Notes under the pieces: generated by a model | Database searches by the model: none | Told to the model about the DNA's origin: nothing | What the model saw: the letters and a program-made list of their open reading frames with translations, nothing else | Assembly: GCA_963816145.1 (NCBI GenBank) | Contig: CAWFJP010000004.1 | Coordinates: 256,001-320,000 of the forward strand | Reading direction: 5' to 3' | DNA length: 64,000 nt | From: an uncultured delta proteobacterium | GTDB lineage: Bacteria > Desulfobacterota > Binatia > UBA9968 | Made by a program: the position numbers and the translations under genes | Shown here: positions 28,825-42,130 of the stretch, piece after piece | Layout of the letters: each line of letters begins with the position of its first letter | How positions within the stretch are numbered: position 1 is the first letter of the stretch

Positions 28825-30015
28825 ATGAGCAAAGCGAAATTTGAGCGTAAAAAACCACATTTGAATATTGGTACGATCGGTCATGTCGACCACGGTAAAA
28901 CAACCTTGACTGCAGCGATTACCAAGGTGCTGGCGAAGACGGGACGAGCCACGTTCCTAGCCTACGATCAGATCGATAAGGCGCCCGAAGAAAGAGAACG
29001 TGGCGTTACCATTAACATCGCCCATGTCGAGTATGAAACCGACAAACGGCACTACGCTCACGTCGATTGCCCTGGACATGCCGACTACGTAAAGAACATG
29101 ATCACCGGGGCGGCCCAGATGGACGGCGCGATTTTGGTGGTTTCTGCCGCCGATGGCCCCATGCCGCAAACTCGCGAGCATATTCTGCTGGCGCGCCAAG
29201 TCGGCGTTCCTGCCATTGTGGTCTTTTTGAACAAGGCGGATATGGTCGATGACAAGGAGCTTTTGGAACTCGTCGAACTCGAAGTGCGCGAGCTGCTCTC
29301 CAAGTACAAATTCCCCGGCGACGATACACCCATCGTCATCGGTAGCGCGCTCAAGGCCCTGGAAGGGGATACCTCCGAAATGGGCGAGGGTGCTATCTTG
29401 AAGTTGATGGAAGCTGTCGATTCGTTCGTTCAGGAACCAGAGCGCGAAATCGATAAACCCTTCATCATGCCGGTCGAAGACGTTTTCACTATCAGTGGCC
29501 GAGGTACAGTGGTAACGGGCCGGGTTGAACGCGGCATTATTAAAGTCGGCGAAGAAATTGAAATCGTCGGCTTCAAACCGACGCAAAAGACTGTCGCCAC
29601 GGGCGTCGAAATGTTCCGCAAACTGCTCGACGAAGGCCGAGCCGGCGATAACATCGGCGTGCTTTTGCGCGGTACCAAGCGCGAAGAAGTCGAGCGCGGT
29701 CAAGTATTGGCCAAGCCCGGCAGCATTACGCCGCACACCAAGTTCAACGCCGAGGCTTACGTGTTGACCAAGGAAGAGGGTGGCCGCCATACGCCGTTCT
29801 TCAATGGCTACCGGCCGCAATTCTACTTCCGTACGACCGATGTTACCGGAGTGGTGAAATTGCCGGAAGGCACGGAGATGGTTATGCCGGGCGACAATAT
29901 CAATGTCGAAATCGAGTTGATTACTCCGGTCGCCATGGATCAAGGCTTAAAATTCGCTATTCGTGAAGGTGGGCGTACCGTCGGCGCCGGCGTGGTTACG
30001 AAGATCCTTCAGTGA
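28825..30015 (+). CDS. tuf: Elongation factor Tu
   Basis: [17 protein letters not shown] and NKAD motifs. Confidence 0.99.
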   Translation: MSKAKFERKKPHLNIGTIGHVDHGKTTLTAAITKVLAKTGRATFLAYDQIDKAPEERERGVTINIAHVEYETDKRHYAHVDCPGHADYVKNMITGAAQMDGAILVVSAADGPMPQTREHILLARQVGVPAIVVFLNKADMVDDKELLELVELEVRELLSKYKFPGDDTPIVIGSALKALEGDTSEMGEGAILKLMEAVDSFVQEPEREIDKPFIMPVEDVFTISGRGTVVTGRVERGIIKVGEEIEIVGFKPTQKTVATGVEMFRKLLDEGRAGDNIGVLLRGTKREEVERGQVLAKPGSITPHTKFNAEAYVLTKEEGGRHTPFFNGYRPQFYFRTTDVTGVVKLPEGTEMVMPGDNINVEIELITPVAMDQGLKFAIREGGRTVGAGVVTKILQ

Positions 30016-30045
30016 CTTAACGCCGATCGCCAGGAGGATAAGGTC

Positions 30046-30198
30046 ATGCGGGAGTTGGTAGGGTTTGCATGCGATAAGTGTAAACGGAAGAACTACACGT
30101 CATCGAAGAACCGGAAAACAACCACCGAGAAACTGGCGCTCAAGAAGTTTTGTGCGTCTTGTCGGTCACACACCCTGCATCGTGAGGTTAAAGTTTAA
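30046..30198 (+). CDS. rpmG: 50S ribosomal protein L33 (Zn-binding form; not in ORF track)
   Basis: MRELVGFACDKCKRKNYTSSKNRKTTTEKLALKKFCASCRSHTLHREVKV after AGGAGG. Confidence 0.96.
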   Translation: MRELVGFACDKCKRKNYTSSKNRKTTTEKLALKKFCASCRSHTLHREVKV

Positions 30199-30209
30199 CG
30201 AGGATACAG

Positions 30210-30286
30210 GGGTCAGTAGCTCCAATTGGTAGAGCGCCGGACTCCAAATCCGGTTGTTGCAGGTTCGAGTCCTGCCTGACCCGCCA
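30210..30286 (+). tRNA. tRNA-Trp(CCA)
   Basis: Anticodon arm CCGGA-CTCCAAA-TCCGG; CCA end. Confidence 0.97.
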
Positions 30287-30311
30287 CTTTATCGCGTTGG
30301 AGACACCTCAA

Positions 30312-30527
30312 ATGGGGGATTGGATTCAAAAAATTCAGGACGGCGTCCAACAGGGCGTCGAATTTTGCAAAGAGTCCTGGCAGGAGTTGCAAAAAGTCCA
30401 TTGGCCGTCGCGTAAGGAGACTTACATGGCGACCATGGTCGTTATCGTCGTTGTTATCCTGGTGTCATTGTATTTGGCGACCGTGGATTTCGTCCTGACA
30501 AAGGCGGTCCAGGCGATTATCGGTTAG
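30312..30527 (+). CDS. secE: Preprotein translocase subunit SecE
   Basis: ELQKVHWPSRKET plus a TM helix; lies between tRNA-Trp and nusG. Confidence 0.95.
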   Translation: MGDWIQKIQDGVQQGVEFCKESWQELQKVHWPSRKETYMATMVVIVVVILVSLYLATVDFVLTKAVQAIIG

Positions 30528-30545
30528 TTGCGTAGGCTCTCTTCT

Positions 30546-31076
30546 ATGGCGAAACAGTGGTACATCGTTCACACCTTTTCTGGCTTTGAACAAAAGACCA
30601 AGGCTGCCCTAGAGGAGCGCGTTAAACAGCTAGGCAAGCAGGATCTCTTCGGCGAAATCCTTGTGCCCATGGAAAAGGTCGTCGAGTTGGTCAAAGGGAA
30701 GAAGAAGACTTCGTCGCGAAAATTTTTTCCCGGCTATATTCTCGTGCAGATGGAGCTTAACGACGAGACTTGGCATGTGGTTAAAGAGACCCCGAAGGTG
30801 ACCGGTTTCGTCGGTGGAAGCACCAACCCGCCTTCGGTTAGCGATGAAGAGGTGAGAGCGATCACGCAGCAAATGGAAGAGGGGGCGATCAAGCCCAAAC
30901 CGCGCGTGTCGTTCTCCGTCGGTGAAAACGTCAAGGTGGTCGATGGTCCGTTCGCAGACTTCAACGGCGTGGTCGAAGAGGTCAAGCCGGACAAGGGCAA
31001 GCTAAGAGTGCTTATTAGCATATTTGGGCGCGCGACACCGGTTGAGCTGGAGTTTGTCCAGGTCGAACGCAATTAG
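30546..31076 (+). CDS. nusG: Transcription antitermination factor NusG
   Basis: WYIVHTFSGFE, FFPGY and KOW motif with IFGRATPVEL. Confidence 0.98.
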   Translation: MAKQWYIVHTFSGFEQKTKAALEERVKQLGKQDLFGEILVPMEKVVELVKGKKKTSSRKFFPGYILVQMELNDETWHVVKETPKVTGFVGGSTNPPSVSDEEVRAITQQMEEGAIKPKPRVSFSVGENVKVVDGPFADFNGVVEEVKPDKGKLRVLISIFGRATPVELEFVQVERN

Positions 31077-31099
31077 TTTGATTAGAAGGGTCGAAAGCA

Positions 31100-31525
31100 A
31101 TGGCTAAGAAAGTCATCGGTGAAATCAAATTACAAATCCCTGCCGGGCAGGCGAACCCCAGTCCGCCAGTGGGCCCAGCACTCGGCCAGCGTGGCGTCAA
31201 TATCATGGAGTTCTGCAAGGCCTTTAATGCCGCAACCCAGGCGCAGGTCGGCATGGTTACGCCAGTAATCATCACCGTCTATGCCGACCGTTCATTTACA
31301 TTTGTCACCAAGACACCGCCAGCGTCGATCTTGCTCAAGAAGGCCGCTGGTCTGGAAAGGGGCTCCAAGGAACCGGGCAAGACCAAGGTCGGCAAAGTGA
31401 CCAGGGCTCAGGTGAGAGAGATCGCGGAGTTAAAGCTCAAGGATTTAACGGCCAGCGACCTGGCCGCGGCGGAAAAGTCTGTCGCGGGAACTGCCCGGAG
31501 TATCGGCTTGGACGTCGAAGGTTAG
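31100..31525 (+). CDS. rplK: 50S ribosomal protein L11
   Basis: [13 protein letters not shown] motif. Confidence 0.98.
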   Translation: MAKKVIGEIKLQIPAGQANPSPPVGPALGQRGVNIMEFCKAFNAATQAQVGMVTPVIITVYADRSFTFVTKTPPASILLKKAAGLERGSKEPGKTKVGKVTRAQVREIAELKLKDLTASDLAAAEKSVAGTARSIGLDVEG

Positions 31526-31566
31526 TCTGGCAAACGTAAATTGTCTCAGCTAAATCGAGGATCGCC

Positions 31567-32271
31567 ATGAGTGGAATGGGAAAAAGCTATCGCAAAGTTT
31601 TTGAGAAGGTAGATCGCACCCAGCGCTACCAATTAGAAGATAGTTTGAAGTTGGTCAAGGAAACCGCGCGGGCAAAATTCGATGAAACCGTCGATTTGGC
31701 GATTCGCTTGGGGGTCGATCCACGCCAGGCCGATCAAAATATTCGCGGTACGGTGGCGTTGCCGCACGGCATGGGCAAAACGGTTCGTGTATTGGCATTC
31801 GCCAAGGGCGAAAAGGAGCGCGAAGCGCAAGACGCTGGCGCCGATTTTGTTGGCAGCGACGAATTGATCAAGAAAATCAGCGAAGGCTGGCTTGATTTCG
31901 ACAAGGCGGTTGCCACGCCGGATATGATGGCTGCGGTCGGTCGTATTGGTAAAATCCTCGGTCCGCGCGGTCTGATGCCCAACCCTAAAACTGGAACGGT
32001 AAGCTTGGATATCGGTAAAGCGGTCAGAGAAATCAAGGCGGGTAAGTTGGAATTTCGCGTCGATAAGGCAGGGATCGTTCACGTGCCCGTGGGCCGTGCG
32101 TCGTTTTCCGCCGAACAATTGATCGACAATGCCCGGATGGTTTTACTGACCGTGCTGCGGGCAAAACCCGCATCGGCCAAGGGGAACTACGTCAAGGGCG
32201 TAACGGTTGCCACCACCATGGGGCCTGGCATCAAAATCGATTTGGCGCAGATCCGGGCGATGGCCGCTTAA
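31567..32271 (+). CDS. rplA: 50S ribosomal protein L1
   Basis: [14 protein letters not shown] and TMGPG motifs. Confidence 0.98.
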   Translation: MSGMGKSYRKVFEKVDRTQRYQLEDSLKLVKETARAKFDETVDLAIRLGVDPRQADQNIRGTVALPHGMGKTVRVLAFAKGEKEREAQDAGADFVGSDELIKKISEGWLDFDKAVATPDMMAAVGRIGKILGPRGLMPNPKTGTVSLDIGKAVREIKAGKLEFRVDKAGIVHVPVGRASFSAEQLIDNARMVLLTVLRAKPASAKGNYVKGVTVATTMGPGIKIDLAQIRAMAA

Positions 32272-32333
32272 AGGCTGAGGATCATTCGCGGGCCCAATCA
32301 ACATCAGATCAGAATAGGATCGGGGAGAAGAAA

Positions 32334-32876
32334 ATGTCGGAAGCGCAGGTTGTCCGTGCCGGTTACAGCGAGAAATCCGAAACGGTGAACGCCGTTCACG
32401 AGCGGCTCAAGTCCGCGAAAATGGCGATTGTGACGGAGTACCGCGGCCTGACGGTTGCGCAAATGACCAAGTTGCGCCGCGAAGTCCGCCAGGTTTCAGG
32501 CGAATATCAAGTGATCAAGAATACCTTGGTGCGGCGCGCACTCAAGGACACCGTTTACGGCGATTTAGCAAAGTTGCTCGAGGGGCCCAACGGTTGGGTG
32601 TTCGCTTATGATGACCCGGTTCTACTAACCAAGACTTTGCTCAAGTTTGCCGACGACAACGATAAACTGACCATTAAGGGCGGCGTCTTCGAAGGCCGCT
32701 TCATGGATTCGGCCGGCGTAAAAGTTCTCTCGCAAATGCCCAGCAAGCCGGAATTGCAGGCGAAGTTGCTGGCGATGATCAACGCTCCGGCGACTCAGTT
32801 GCTGCGCACTATTCAAGAGCCCGGTGCACAGATGGTCCGTTTGCTCGAATCCCTGCGCAAAGCAAAAAGCGAATAA
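32334..32876 (+). CDS. rplJ: 50S ribosomal protein L10
   Basis: YRGLTV and KNTL motifs; conserved position. Confidence 0.96.
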   Translation: MSEAQVVRAGYSEKSETVNAVHERLKSAKMAIVTEYRGLTVAQMTKLRREVRQVSGEYQVIKNTLVRRALKDTVYGDLAKLLEGPNGWVFAYDDPVLLTKTLLKFADDNDKLTIKGGVFEGRFMDSAGVKVLSQMPSKPELQAKLLAMINAPATQLLRTIQEPGAQMVRLLESLRKAKSE

Positions 32877-32915
32877 CAATCAACTAACTAGCAGATATTT
32901 TAAAGGGGGAACGTT

Positions 32916-33293
32916 ATGGAAGGCGTATCAAGAGAACAAGTTAAAGATTACATCAAGAACATGACCTTGATGGATGCAGCGACGTTGGTGAAGGAACTCG
33001 AAGAAGAGTTAGGCGTGAGCGCAGCGGCGCCCGTCGCGGTGGCGGCGGCAGCCGGCCCAGCGGCCGCGGCGGCCGAGGAGAAGACCGAGTTCAACGTCAT
33101 TCTCGCCGAGGCCGGTGAAAAGAAGATTCAGGTCATCAAAGTCGTTCGCGAATTGACCGGGTTGGGTTTGAAGGAAGCCAAGGATTTGGTCGATGGCGCG
33201 CCCAAGCCTGTCAAAGAGGGCGTCTCCAAGGCCGATGCCGAGAATATCAAGAAGAAGCTCGAAGAACAGGGCGCTAAAGTCGAAGTCAAGTAA
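32916..33293 (+). CDS. rplL: 50S ribosomal protein L7/L12
   Basis: EEKTEF and [20 protein letters not shown] motifs. Confidence 0.98.
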   Translation: MEGVSREQVKDYIKNMTLMDAATLVKELEEELGVSAAAPVAVAAAAGPAAAAAEEKTEFNVILAEAGEKKIQVIKVVRELTGLGLKEAKDLVDGAPKPVKEGVSKADAENIKKKLEEQGAKVEVK

Positions 33294-33367
33294 ATCTCTC
33301 GCAGTGGATCGCTCCGTTGAGTTGTTTGAAATGGATCGTTAACCGCTAGTTCGAGAGAGGAGCACGC

Positions 33368-36300
33368 ATGGCCTTTCAGGTTGCCAATAACTTACGATTC
33401 CGCCGTAGCTTCGGGAGAATTCGAAAAATTATCGACCTCCCGTATTTGATCGAAATCCAGAAAAACTCTTACGAGCTGTTCCTGCAGAAAGATGCGGCGC
33501 CGACCGAGCGCCAGAACATGGGTCTGCAGGAGGTTTTTAAGTCGGTCTTTCCGATTAAGGATTTTAACGAAACCGCTTCTTTGGAATTTGTCAGTTATAC
33601 CCTCGGCGAGCCCAAGTATGACGTCGAGGAGTGTCACCAACGCGGCATGACCTACGCTGCGCCTTTAAAGGTGACGGTGCAGTTGGTGCTGTGGGATGTT
33701 GACCAGCAGACCGGTGCCCGCAGCATCAAGAACGTCAAAGAGCAGGAAGTTTATTTCGGTGAAGTCCCGCTCATGACGATCAACGGCACCTTCATGATCA
33801 ACGGTACGGAGCGGGTGATTGTCAGCCAGTTGCACCGTTCGCCCGGCGTATTCTTCGAGCATGACAAAGGCAAGACCCACGCCAGCGGCAAGTTGCTGTA
33901 TTCGGCGCGGGTGATTCCTTATCGTGGGTCGTGGGTCGACCTCGAATTCGATCCACGCGACGTGGTCTATGTGCGGATCGACCGGCGGCGCAAATTTCAC
34001 GCGACGGTATTGTTGCGCGCGCTCGGAATGACCAGCGAAGACTTGCTCAATTACTACTATCGCAGCGACACGATTCACTTCGACGGCCGCAAGGCGACGT
34101 TGGAGTTCAATGCGAACCATCTGCTCGGCGCGAAGGTCAGCGCAGATGTGCGCGACCCAAAGAGCAACGATATCATCGTCAAAGAAGGCAAGAAATTCAC
34201 CCGGCCGGTGTTGCGCCAGATGGAAGCGGCGCGGGTCAAGCAAGTGCCGATCGCGCTGGAAGAAATCCTTGGACGCGTGGCGTCTCATGACGTTGTCGAC
34301 CCCCACGGCAAAGAAGTGCTGGTCGAGTGCAATCACGAGATCACTCAGGAAAAACTCGATCTGATCCGCGATAAAGGGCTCACCCAGGTCGAAGTTTTGT
34401 TTATCGATGAATCGAGCGTCGGTCCGTATCTGCGCAACACGCTACTGCAAGACCGGATTCGTTCCCCCCAAGATGCCATCCTGGAAATTTACCGGCGCTT
34501 ACGGCCCGGCGATCCACCGACGGTGGAGTCGGCGACCAATTTTTTCAACAACTTGTTTTTCAATCCGGATCGCTACGATCTCTCCAAGGTAGGCCGGTTG
34601 AAGCTCAACCATCGGCTCAAGCTCAACATCCCGCTGGAGCAGGGCACGTTGCGTAAAGAGGATATCCTCGAAGTGGTGCGCTACTTGATGGAGCTCAAGA
34701 ATGGCAACGGCTCGGTGGACGACATCGATCACCTGGGTAATCGCCGCGTGCGGGCAGTCGGCGAATTGGTAGAAAACCATTTCCGTGTCGGCTTGGTGCG
34801 CATGGAGCGGGCGATTAAAGAGAAGATGAGCTTGCAGGACATCGAGACATTGATGCCGCAGGAACTCATCAACTACAAACCGGTTTCAGCTGCGCTTAAA
34901 GAGTTCTTTGGCTCCAGCCAGCTATCGCAGTTTATGGATCAAACCAATCCACTGTCGGAAATCACCCATAAGCGGCGGCTTTCGGCTCTTGGACCCGGCG
35001 GTTTGACGCGCGAGCGCGCCGGTTTCGAAGTGCGCGATGTGCATCCGACCCACTATGGTCGGGTCTGTCCGATCGAAACTCCGGAAGGTCCGAATATCGG
35101 CTTGATCGCGTCGCTGACCACCTATGCGCGGGTCAATGACTTTGGTTTTATCGAAACCCCTTATCGCGAAGTCGAAAATGGTCGGGTTACCGACAAGATT
35201 CGCTATCTTTCGGCCCTCGAAGAAGAAGACCACGTGATTGCCCAGGCGAATGCGCCCATCGACGGCCGCGGAAATTTCTCCGCGGATTTGGTTTCGTCGC
35301 GCAAGGGCGGCGAATTCGTCATGGCCCGTCCCGAAGAAGTCAATTTCATGGACGTGTCCCCGAATCAGCTGGTCAGTGTAGCTGCTTCGCTAATTCCTTT
35401 CTTGGAAAACGACGACGCCAACCGCGCGCTGATGGGTTCCAACATGCAGCGCCAGGCAGTGCCGCTGTTGCGCACCGAGGCGCCGTTTGTCGGTACCGGG
35501 ATGGAGCGGACCGTGGCGCGGGATTCCGGTGTCACGATCGTTGCACGCCGCGACGGTTTAGTTGAAAGCGTCGATTCCACGCGCATTGTCGTAAAAGCCG
35601 ACAAGCCGGCCGGCTCGCGGGATACGGGTGTCGATATCTACAACCTAGTTAAATACCAGCGTTCCAATCAAAACACCTGTAACAACCAGCGTCCCATTGT
35701 CGTGGTCGGCGATCAAGTCAAAGCCGGTGACGTCATTGCTGACGGTCCGTCGACTGAGATGGGCGAGCTGGCGCTTGGACGCAACGTCGTCGTCGCACTG
35801 ATGCCGTGGGGCGGTTATAACTTCGAAGATTCCATTTTGATCAACGAACGGGTGGTCAAAGAAGACATTTTCACATCGATTCATATCGAAGAGTTCGAGT
35901 GCGTATCGCGCGACACGAAATTAGGGCCCGAGGAAATCACCAGGGATATCCCGAACGTTGGTGACGAGGCGCTCACCGATCTCGATGAAAGCGGTATCAT
36001 TCGCATCGGCGCCGAAGTCAAGCCGGGTCAGATCCTGGTCGGCAAGATTACGCCGAAGGGCGAAACCCAATTGTCGCCGGAAGAAAAGTTGTTGCGCGCG
36101 ATTTTCGGCGAAAAGGCCGGTGAAGTGCGCGACACCTCGCTGCGCGTACCGCCTGGCGTTGAAGGAACGGTTATCAACGTCCGCATCTTTTCGCGAAAAG
36201 GCTTAGGTAAAGACGATCGCAGCAAATCGATCGAGGACGAAGAGGTAACACGGCTGCGCAAAGATCAGCATGACGAGGTGCGGATTCTCCAAGAAGGCGC

Positions 36301-37471
36301 ACTTCGCCGGCTGAAAAAACTTCTGGTCGGCCGCCGCCTGGCGAGCCGCATCAGCGACGATAGCCGCAAAGTCCTGCTCAACAAGGGGCAGGAGGTGACC
36401 GAGGAAGATCTCGATCAGCTGCCGATGTCCTACTGGAGCGAGATTCAAGTCGATAATGAATCGGTGGAGAATGAGCTCGGCCGGATCATCGAGAGCACGA
36501 CCACTCAGGTTAACCTGATCAAGCATGCGTTCGAAGATAAAATCGAAAAACTTAAAGGCGGCGATGAGCTGCCTCCCGGCGTCATCAAGATGGTCAAGGT
36601 TTTTGTCGCCATCAAACGTAAGCTCCAAGTCGGCGACAAGATGGCCGGCCGGCATGGCAACAAGGGTGTCATTTCCCGGATTCTGCCCGAGGAAGACATG
36701 CCGTATTTAGAGGACGGCACGCCCGTCGACGTGGTGCTGAATCCGTTAGGGGTCCCGTCGCGTATGAACGTGGGGCAGATTCTCGAGGCCCATTTGGGTT
36801 GGGCGGCGCGCAGTCTGGGACACCAAATCGACGATCTCTTGCGTACCCACAATGGAGATGTCGATCAATTGCGGCGCCGCTTGAAAGACTACTTGAATAC
36901 CCGGGACGCCAACGAATTGATCGATGGCGCCAAAGATGTCGAGGTGTTGAAGCTCGCGTCCAAATATCGCGACGGCGTGCGCATCGCATCACCGGTCTTC
37001 GACGGTGCCGCGGAAGAGGAAATTTTCAACCTGTTGCGCAAAGCCGGGTTGCCGGCCACCGGACAGGCGACGTTGTACGATGGCCGTACTGGCGAACCCT
37101 TCGACGGCAAAGTCACCGTCGGCGTCATGTACATCATGAAGCTGCATCACTTGGTCGACGATAAGATCCACGCCCGCTCGACCGGGCCCTATTCACTTGT
37201 CACGCAGCAGCCCCTGGGCGGTAAGGCGCAGTTCGGTGGCCAGCGTTTGGGTGAGATGGAAGTCTGGGCACTGGAAGCTTATGGCGCCGCGTATACGTTG
37301 CAAGAGATGCTCACGGTGAAGTCCGACGACGTGGTTGGACGCACGCGCATGTACGAAGCGATCGTCAAGGGCGATAATCTGCTCGAACCGGGGCTTCCCG
37401 AATCTTTCAACGTCATGGTGAAAGAGCTCCAAAGCCTGGGTTTGGATGTCGATCTCGTCGAAGAAAAGTAG
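33368..37471 (+). CDS. rpoB: RNA polymerase beta subunit
   Basis: [25 protein letters not shown] and GEMEVWAL motifs. Confidence 0.99.
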   Translation: MAFQVANNLRFRRSFGRIRKIIDLPYLIEIQKNSYELFLQKDAAPTERQNMGLQEVFKSVFPIKDFNETASLEFVSYTLGEPKYDVEECHQRGMTYAAPLKVTVQLVLWDVDQQTGARSIKNVKEQEVYFGEVPLMTINGTFMINGTERVIVSQLHRSPGVFFEHDKGKTHASGKLLYSARVIPYRGSWVDLEFDPRDVVYVRIDRRRKFHATVLLRALGMTSEDLLNYYYRSDTIHFDGRKATLEFNANHLLGAKVSADVRDPKSNDIIVKEGKKFTRPVLRQMEAARVKQVPIALEEILGRVASHDVVDPHGKEVLVECNHEITQEKLDLIRDKGLTQVEVLFIDESSVGPYLRNTLLQDRIRSPQDAILEIYRRLRPGDPPTVESATNFFNNLFFNPDRYDLSKVGRLKLNHRLKLNIPLEQGTLRKEDILEVVRYLMELKNGNGSVDDIDHLGNRRVRAVGELVENHFRVGLVRMERAIKEKMSLQDIETLMPQELINYKPVSAALKEFFGSSQLSQFMDQTNPLSEITHKRRLSALGPGGLTRERAGFEVRDVHPTHYGRVCPIETPEGPNIGLIASLTTYARVNDFGFIETPYREVENGRVTDKIRYLSALEEEDHVIAQANAPIDGRGNFSADLVSSRKGGEFVMARPEEVNFMDVSPNQLVSVAASLIPFLENDDANRALMGSNMQRQAVPLLRTEAPFVGTGMERTVARDSGVTIVARRDGLVESVDSTRIVVKADKPAGSRDTGVDIYNLVKYQRSNQNTCNNQRPIVVVGDQVKAGDVIADGPSTEMGELALGRNVVVALMPWGGYNFEDSILINERVVKEDIFTSIHIEEFECVSRDTKLGPEEITRDIPNVGDEALTDLDESGIIRIGAEVKPGQILVGKITPKGETQLSPEEKLLRAIFGEKAGEVRDTSLRVPPGVEGTVINVRIFSRKGLGKDDRSKSIEDEEVTRLRKDQHDEVRILQEGALRRLKKLLVGRRLASRISDDSRKVLLNKGQEVTEEDLDQLPMSYWSEIQVDNESVENELGRIIESTTTQVNLIKHAFEDKIEKLKGGDELPPGVIKMVKVFVAIKRKLQVGDKMAGRHGNKGVISRILPEEDMPYLEDGTPVDVVLNPLGVPSRMNVGQILEAHLGWAARSLGHQIDDLLRTHNGDVDQLRRRLKDYLNTRDANELIDGAKDVEVLKLASKYRDGVRIASPVFDGAAEEEIFNLLRKAGLPATGQATLYDGRTGEPFDGKVTVGVMYIMKLHHLVDDKIHARSTGPYSLVTQQPLGGKAQFGGQRLGEMEVWALEAYGAAYTLQEMLTVKSDDVVGRTRMYEAIVKGDNLLEPGLPESFNVMVKELQSLGLDVDLVEEK

Positions 37472-37517
37472 GTAACCCCAGTAAGGCTGTGCCGCTAAAA
37501 CCGGAGGTGATCCTGAT

Positions 37518-40500
37518 ATGGAAGATCTGTTCAATTTATTCGAAAAACCGAAGAATCCGCTAAGTTTTAACGCGATCAAAGTTTCCGTGGCTTCGCCAGA
37601 AAAGATTCGCTCTTGGTCCCATGGCGAAGTGAAGAAGCCCGAGACGATTAATTACCGGACTTTCAAGCCGGAACGGGATGGCTTGTTTTGCGCCAAGATC
37701 TTCGGTCCAACCAAAGATTACGAATGCAACTGCGGCAAATACAAGCGCATGCGCCACCGTGGTGTGGTCTGCGAAAAGTGCGGCGTCGAAGTTATCCAGT
37801 CCAAAGTGCGCCGCGAGCGCATGGGGCACATCGAATTGGCGACGCCGGTCGTGCATATTTGGTTTTTGAAGAGCCTCCCCAGCCGAATCGGCGCGCTGCT
37901 CGACATGTCGCTTAAAGACATCGAGAAGGTGCTCTACTTCGAGTCCTACATCGTCGTCGATCCGGGCGAGACCCCGCTGCAATACAAAGAGCTTTTAACC
38001 GAAGCGCGTTACCGCAAGGCGGTGGAGGAGTACGGCGGCAAATTTGTCGCCGGGATGGGCGCCGAGGCAGTGCGCAAGCTGCTCAAAGAGATCGATATTC
38101 CCAAGGTTGCCGACGAATTGCGCCAGGAAATGCGCGATGCCAATTCCGAAGTGCGGCGCAAAAAGATGGCCAAGCGGCTCAAAGTTTTGACCGCTTTCCG
38201 GACTTCAGGTAATCGTCCGGAGTGGATGGTTATGGAAGTGATTCCAGTGATTCCGCCAGACTTGCGTCCTCTAGTCCCTCTCGACGGCGGCCGCTTCGCG
38301 ACTTCCGATTTGAACGACCTCTATCGCCGCGTCATCAATCGTAACAACCGGCTCAAACGGCTGATGGAATTGAGCGCGCCGGACATGATCATCCGTAACG
38401 AAAAGCGCATGCTCCAAGAAGCGGTCGATGCCTTGTTCGACAACGGGCGGCGCGGCCGGGCGATTACCGGCCAAAACCGCCGGCCGCTCAAATCTTTGAG
38501 CGAAATGCTCAAAGGCAAAACCGGCCGTTTCCGCCAGAACCTGCTCGGCAAACGTGTCGACTATTCAGGCCGTTCGGTTATCGTCGTCGGTCCAGAACTG
38601 CGCTTGCATCAGTGCGGTTTACCGAAAAAGATGGCCCTCGAGCTCTTCAAGCCGTTTATCTACAATAAGCTCGAAGAACGGGGCCATGTGACGACGATCA
38701 AAAGTGCCAAAAAGATGGTCGAACGCGAGCTCCCGGAAGTTTGGGATATTCTCGACGAAGTCATCCGCGAGCATCCCGTTTTGCTCAACCGGGCGCCGAC
38801 GCTGCATCGTTTGGGCATTCAGGCCTTCGAACCCATCTTGATCGAGGGCAAGGCGATTCAGCTTCATCCGCTGGTTTGCGCTGCTTACAACGCCGATTTC
38901 GACGGCGATCAGATGGCAGTGCATGTGCCGTTATCCGTCGAAGCTCAGGTCGAGGCACGCGCTTTAATGATGTCGACTAACAATATCTTGTCACCAGCTC
39001 ATGGCAAGCCGATCATCGTGCCGACCCAGGATATCGTATTGGGCCTATACTACATGACCCGCGACCGCTTGCATGCCAAAGGGAGTGGCCGGTTATTCAG
39101 TAGCCCGACCGAGGTCCGCGTGGCCTACGATCAGGGCGAGGTCGACCTCCAAGCGCCGATCACGGTGCGTATCAATGGCGAGCGAATCGACACCACCACC
39201 GGTCGTGTGCTGCTTTACGACGTGGTTCCCGAGGTAATTCCTTTCAAGGAAGTCAATCGGGTGATGAAGAAAAAAGAGCTTGCCAACTTGATCGACGTGA
39301 GCTTCCGACTCGCCGGCAACAAGGCGACGGTTATTCTTGCCGATCGCTTGAAAGATGTCGGTTATCGCCATGCCACGAAGGCCGGCATCTCGATCTCGAT
39401 TAAGGACATGCTGATTCCGCCGACGAAAGAGGCGATGCTCAAGCGGGCGCATGACGATGTGCGCGAGATCGAAGAGCAATACAAGAACGGTCTGATTACC
39501 GACGGCGAGCGCTATAATAAAGTCGTCGACATCTGGGCTGAAGTCACCGACCGTATCGCCGATCAGATGCTCGGCGATTTGGGCACGGAGAAGGTCACCG
39601 ACGAGCACGGTCATGAATTTACCGTGCCGAGCTTCAATCCGATTTTCATGATGGCCGACTCCGGCGCGCGCGGCAGCGCGCAGCAAATTCGCCAATTGGC
39701 CGGCATGCGCGGCTTGATGGCGAAGCCTTCCGGTGAAATTATTGAGACCCCGATCACGGCCAATTTCCGCGAAGGATTGACCGTGTTGCAGTATTTCATC
39801 TCGACCCACGGCGCGCGCAAGGGTCTGGCCGATACGGCATTGAAAACCGCCAATTCCGGTTACCTGACGCGCCGTCTCGTCGACGTCGCTCAGGACGCGG
39901 TCATTGGTGAATCGGATTGCGGCACCATGGACGGCATCGAGATCACGCCGTTGATGGAAGGCGGCGAAGTCATCGAACCGCTTGGTGATCGCGTCCTAGG
40001 CCGGGTGGCTCTAGAAGATGTGGTCGATCCCTTTACCGGCGAGGTGATCGTCAAGGCCAACCAAGAAATCAACGAAGAATTGGTACAACGGGTCGAAGAT
40101 GCCGGCCTGGAACGAATCAAGATTCGTTCGGTATTAACCTGCGCGTCCCGTCGCGGTGTATGCATCATGTGTTACGGGCGCGACTTGGGCCGCGGTCATA
40201 TGATCAACATGGGCGAGGCGGTTGGCGTGATCGCCGCCCAGTCGATCGGTGAACCGGGCACGCAGTTGACGATGCGTACCTTCCATATCGGCGGTACGGC
40301 GAGCCGGCGCGCGGAGCAGACCACGCTCGAAGCGCGTAACGATGGTAATCTGAAATTCATCAACGTTAACACCGTAACCAATAAAGAGGGCGATTTCGTC
40401 GTTATGAACCGTAACGGTGAAGTGGCGATTGTCGACTATCCAGAGGGTGAGAAGGGGCGCGTGCGTGAACGCGAACGCTACCCGGTGGTCTATGGCGCAA

Positions 40501-41645
40501 AGCTCAAGAAGAAAGATGGCGCCAAGGTCAAAGCCGGTGAACTGCTGGCTGAATGGGACCCGTACACCATCCCAATTCTCACCGAGGTTAGCGGCCCGGT
40601 GAAGTTCGGTGACGTGATTGAAAACGTCACCATGGAAGAGAAAGTCGATGAGCGGACCGGTCTATCGACCAAGGTTATCATCGACTCGAAAGATATCGAT
40701 AAGCGGCCGCGCATTTCGATTAAGGACACCCAGGGTCAGACCACCCGGCTAACAGCAACGGCGGAAGCTCGATATTTAATTCCGGTCGGCGCCCATATCA
40801 ATGTCCAGGACGGCCAAGAAGTATTTGCCGGCGATATCTTGGCGAAAATCCCAAGGGAAACCACCAAGACCAAAGACATCACCGGTGGCTTGCCGCGTGT
40901 CGCGGAACTCTTCGAAGCGCGCAAGCCGAAAGAATTCGCCGTTATCAGCGAAATCGACGGTGCGGTTTCTTTCGGTAAGGACACCAAGGGGAAACGTAAA
41001 GTCGTGGTCACTCCGGAAATCGGCGAGCCGCGTGAATATTTGATTCCCAAAGGCAAGCACATCAGCGTCCATGACGGTGATCGTATCCGCGCCGGCGAGG
41101 CGTTGATGGACGGCTCGTCCAACCCGCACGATATTCTCAATATTCTCGGCGAAAAGGCTCTGGCGAAGTATCTCGTCGACGAAGTGCAGGAGATCTATCG
41201 GCTCCAGGGTGTGCGCATCAACGACAAGCATATCGAGGTTATCGTGCGCCAAATGCTGCGCCGCGTGCGCATCAAAGATGTCGGCGATGCCGATTTCTTG
41301 GTTGGCGACCAGATCGAGAAGTGGCGTTTCGAAGATGAAAACCAGCGGGTTATCGGCGAGAATGGCAAACCCGCGGTTGCCGAACCGCTTTTGCTAGGTA
41401 TTACCAAGGCGTCGTTGTCGACCGAAAGTTTCATCTCCGCTGCGTCGTTCCAAGAGACCACTAAGGTGCTCACGGAAGCCGCTATCCAAGGCAAAGTCGA
41501 TTTGCTGCGCGGTTTGAAAGAGAACGTCATTATGGGTCGGCTAATCCCGGCCGGTACCGGTGTGACTAATTACGCCAAAGCCGAAATCGAAACTGACGAA
41601 ATTGAAGACGGCGCCGCCCCGATGGATCATGCGGCGGAGGCATAA
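37518..41645 (+). CDS. rpoC: RNA polymerase beta' subunit
   Basis: NADFDGD catalytic motif and Zn fingers. Confidence 0.99.
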   Translation: MEDLFNLFEKPKNPLSFNAIKVSVASPEKIRSWSHGEVKKPETINYRTFKPERDGLFCAKIFGPTKDYECNCGKYKRMRHRGVVCEKCGVEVIQSKVRRERMGHIELATPVVHIWFLKSLPSRIGALLDMSLKDIEKVLYFESYIVVDPGETPLQYKELLTEARYRKAVEEYGGKFVAGMGAEAVRKLLKEIDIPKVADELRQEMRDANSEVRRKKMAKRLKVLTAFRTSGNRPEWMVMEVIPVIPPDLRPLVPLDGGRFATSDLNDLYRRVINRNNRLKRLMELSAPDMIIRNEKRMLQEAVDALFDNGRRGRAITGQNRRPLKSLSEMLKGKTGRFRQNLLGKRVDYSGRSVIVVGPELRLHQCGLPKKMALELFKPFIYNKLEERGHVTTIKSAKKMVERELPEVWDILDEVIREHPVLLNRAPTLHRLGIQAFEPILIEGKAIQLHPLVCAAYNADFDGDQMAVHVPLSVEAQVEARALMMSTNNILSPAHGKPIIVPTQDIVLGLYYMTRDRLHAKGSGRLFSSPTEVRVAYDQGEVDLQAPITVRINGERIDTTTGRVLLYDVVPEVIPFKEVNRVMKKKELANLIDVSFRLAGNKATVILADRLKDVGYRHATKAGISISIKDMLIPPTKEAMLKRAHDDVREIEEQYKNGLITDGERYNKVVDIWAEVTDRIADQMLGDLGTEKVTDEHGHEFTVPSFNPIFMMADSGARGSAQQIRQLAGMRGLMAKPSGEIIETPITANFREGLTVLQYFISTHGARKGLADTALKTANSGYLTRRLVDVAQDAVIGESDCGTMDGIEITPLMEGGEVIEPLGDRVLGRVALEDVVDPFTGEVIVKANQEINEELVQRVEDAGLERIKIRSVLTCASRRGVCIMCYGRDLGRGHMINMGEAVGVIAAQSIGEPGTQLTMRTFHIGGTASRRAEQTTLEARNDGNLKFINVNTVTNKEGDFVVMNRNGEVAIVDYPEGEKGRVRERERYPVVYGAKLKKKDGAKVKAGELLAEWDPYTIPILTEVSGPVKFGDVIENVTMEEKVDERTGLSTKVIIDSKDIDKRPRISIKDTQGQTTRLTATAEARYLIPVGAHINVQDGQEVFAGDILAKIPRETTKTKDITGGLPRVAELFEARKPKEFAVISEIDGAVSFGKDTKGKRKVVVTPEIGEPREYLIPKGKHISVHDGDRIRAGEALMDGSSNPHDILNILGEKALAKYLVDEVQEIYRLQGVRINDKHIEVIVRQMLRRVRIKDVGDADFLVGDQIEKWRFEDENQRVIGENGKPAVAEPLLLGITKASLSTESFISAASFQETTKVLTEAAIQGKVDLLRGLKENVIMGRLIPAGTGVTNYAKAEIETDEIEDGAAPMDHAAEA

Positions 41646-41648
41646 GCT

Positions 41649-41677
41649 TTGACAATGGCGAAATATTTTGTTAATTA
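41649..41677 (+). promoter_or_regulatory. Putative sigma70 promoter for rpsL
   Basis: TTGACA-N16/17-TTAATT/TAATTA immediately after the rpoC stop. Confidence 0.55.
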
Positions 41678-41753
41678 AAGGATTTTCCTAGGGGAGTTGT
41701 GAGGGCTAATTTGCTCCCCAGAATCCTAACGAGATCGACGAGAAACATGAGTT

Positions 41754-42125
41754 ATGCCAACTATTAGTCAACTAGTGCGTGAGAGCCGAGAAAAGCAGCG
41801 CCGCAAGAATACCGCACCGGCGCTGCAAAGCTGTCCGCAGAAGCGCGGCGTGTGCACACGTGTTTACACATCGACGCCGAAAAAACCGAACTCGGCGCTC
41901 CGTAAAGTCGCTCGCGTGCGATTAACCAATGGTGTCGAAGTGACGTCTTACATTCCTGGGGTCGGCCACAATTTGCAGGAGCACTCGGTGGTTTTGATTC
42001 GCGGCGGCCGTGTAAAGGATCTACCCGGAGTTCGTTATCATATCGTCCGCGGCACACTGGATTCTATCGGGGTTCAGGATCGCCGTCAGAGCCGCTCTAA
42101 ATATGGCGCCAAGAAACCGAAGTAA
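41754..42125 (+). CDS. rpsL: 30S ribosomal protein S12
   Basis: [10 protein letters not shown] and [10 protein letters not shown] motifs. Confidence 0.99.
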   Translation: MPTISQLVRESREKQRRKNTAPALQSCPQKRGVCTRVYTSTPKKPNSALRKVARVRLTNGVEVTSYIPGVGHNLQEHSVVLIRGGRVKDLPGVRYHIVRGTLDSIGVQDRRQSRSKYGAKKPK

Positions 42126-42130
42126 TATTT

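Noticed and set aside
34900-35000. Resistance substitutions in the rpoB RRDR (and in rpsL)
   Set aside because: The RRDR residues and the S12 PKKPNS/RVKD motifs match the wild-type consensus.
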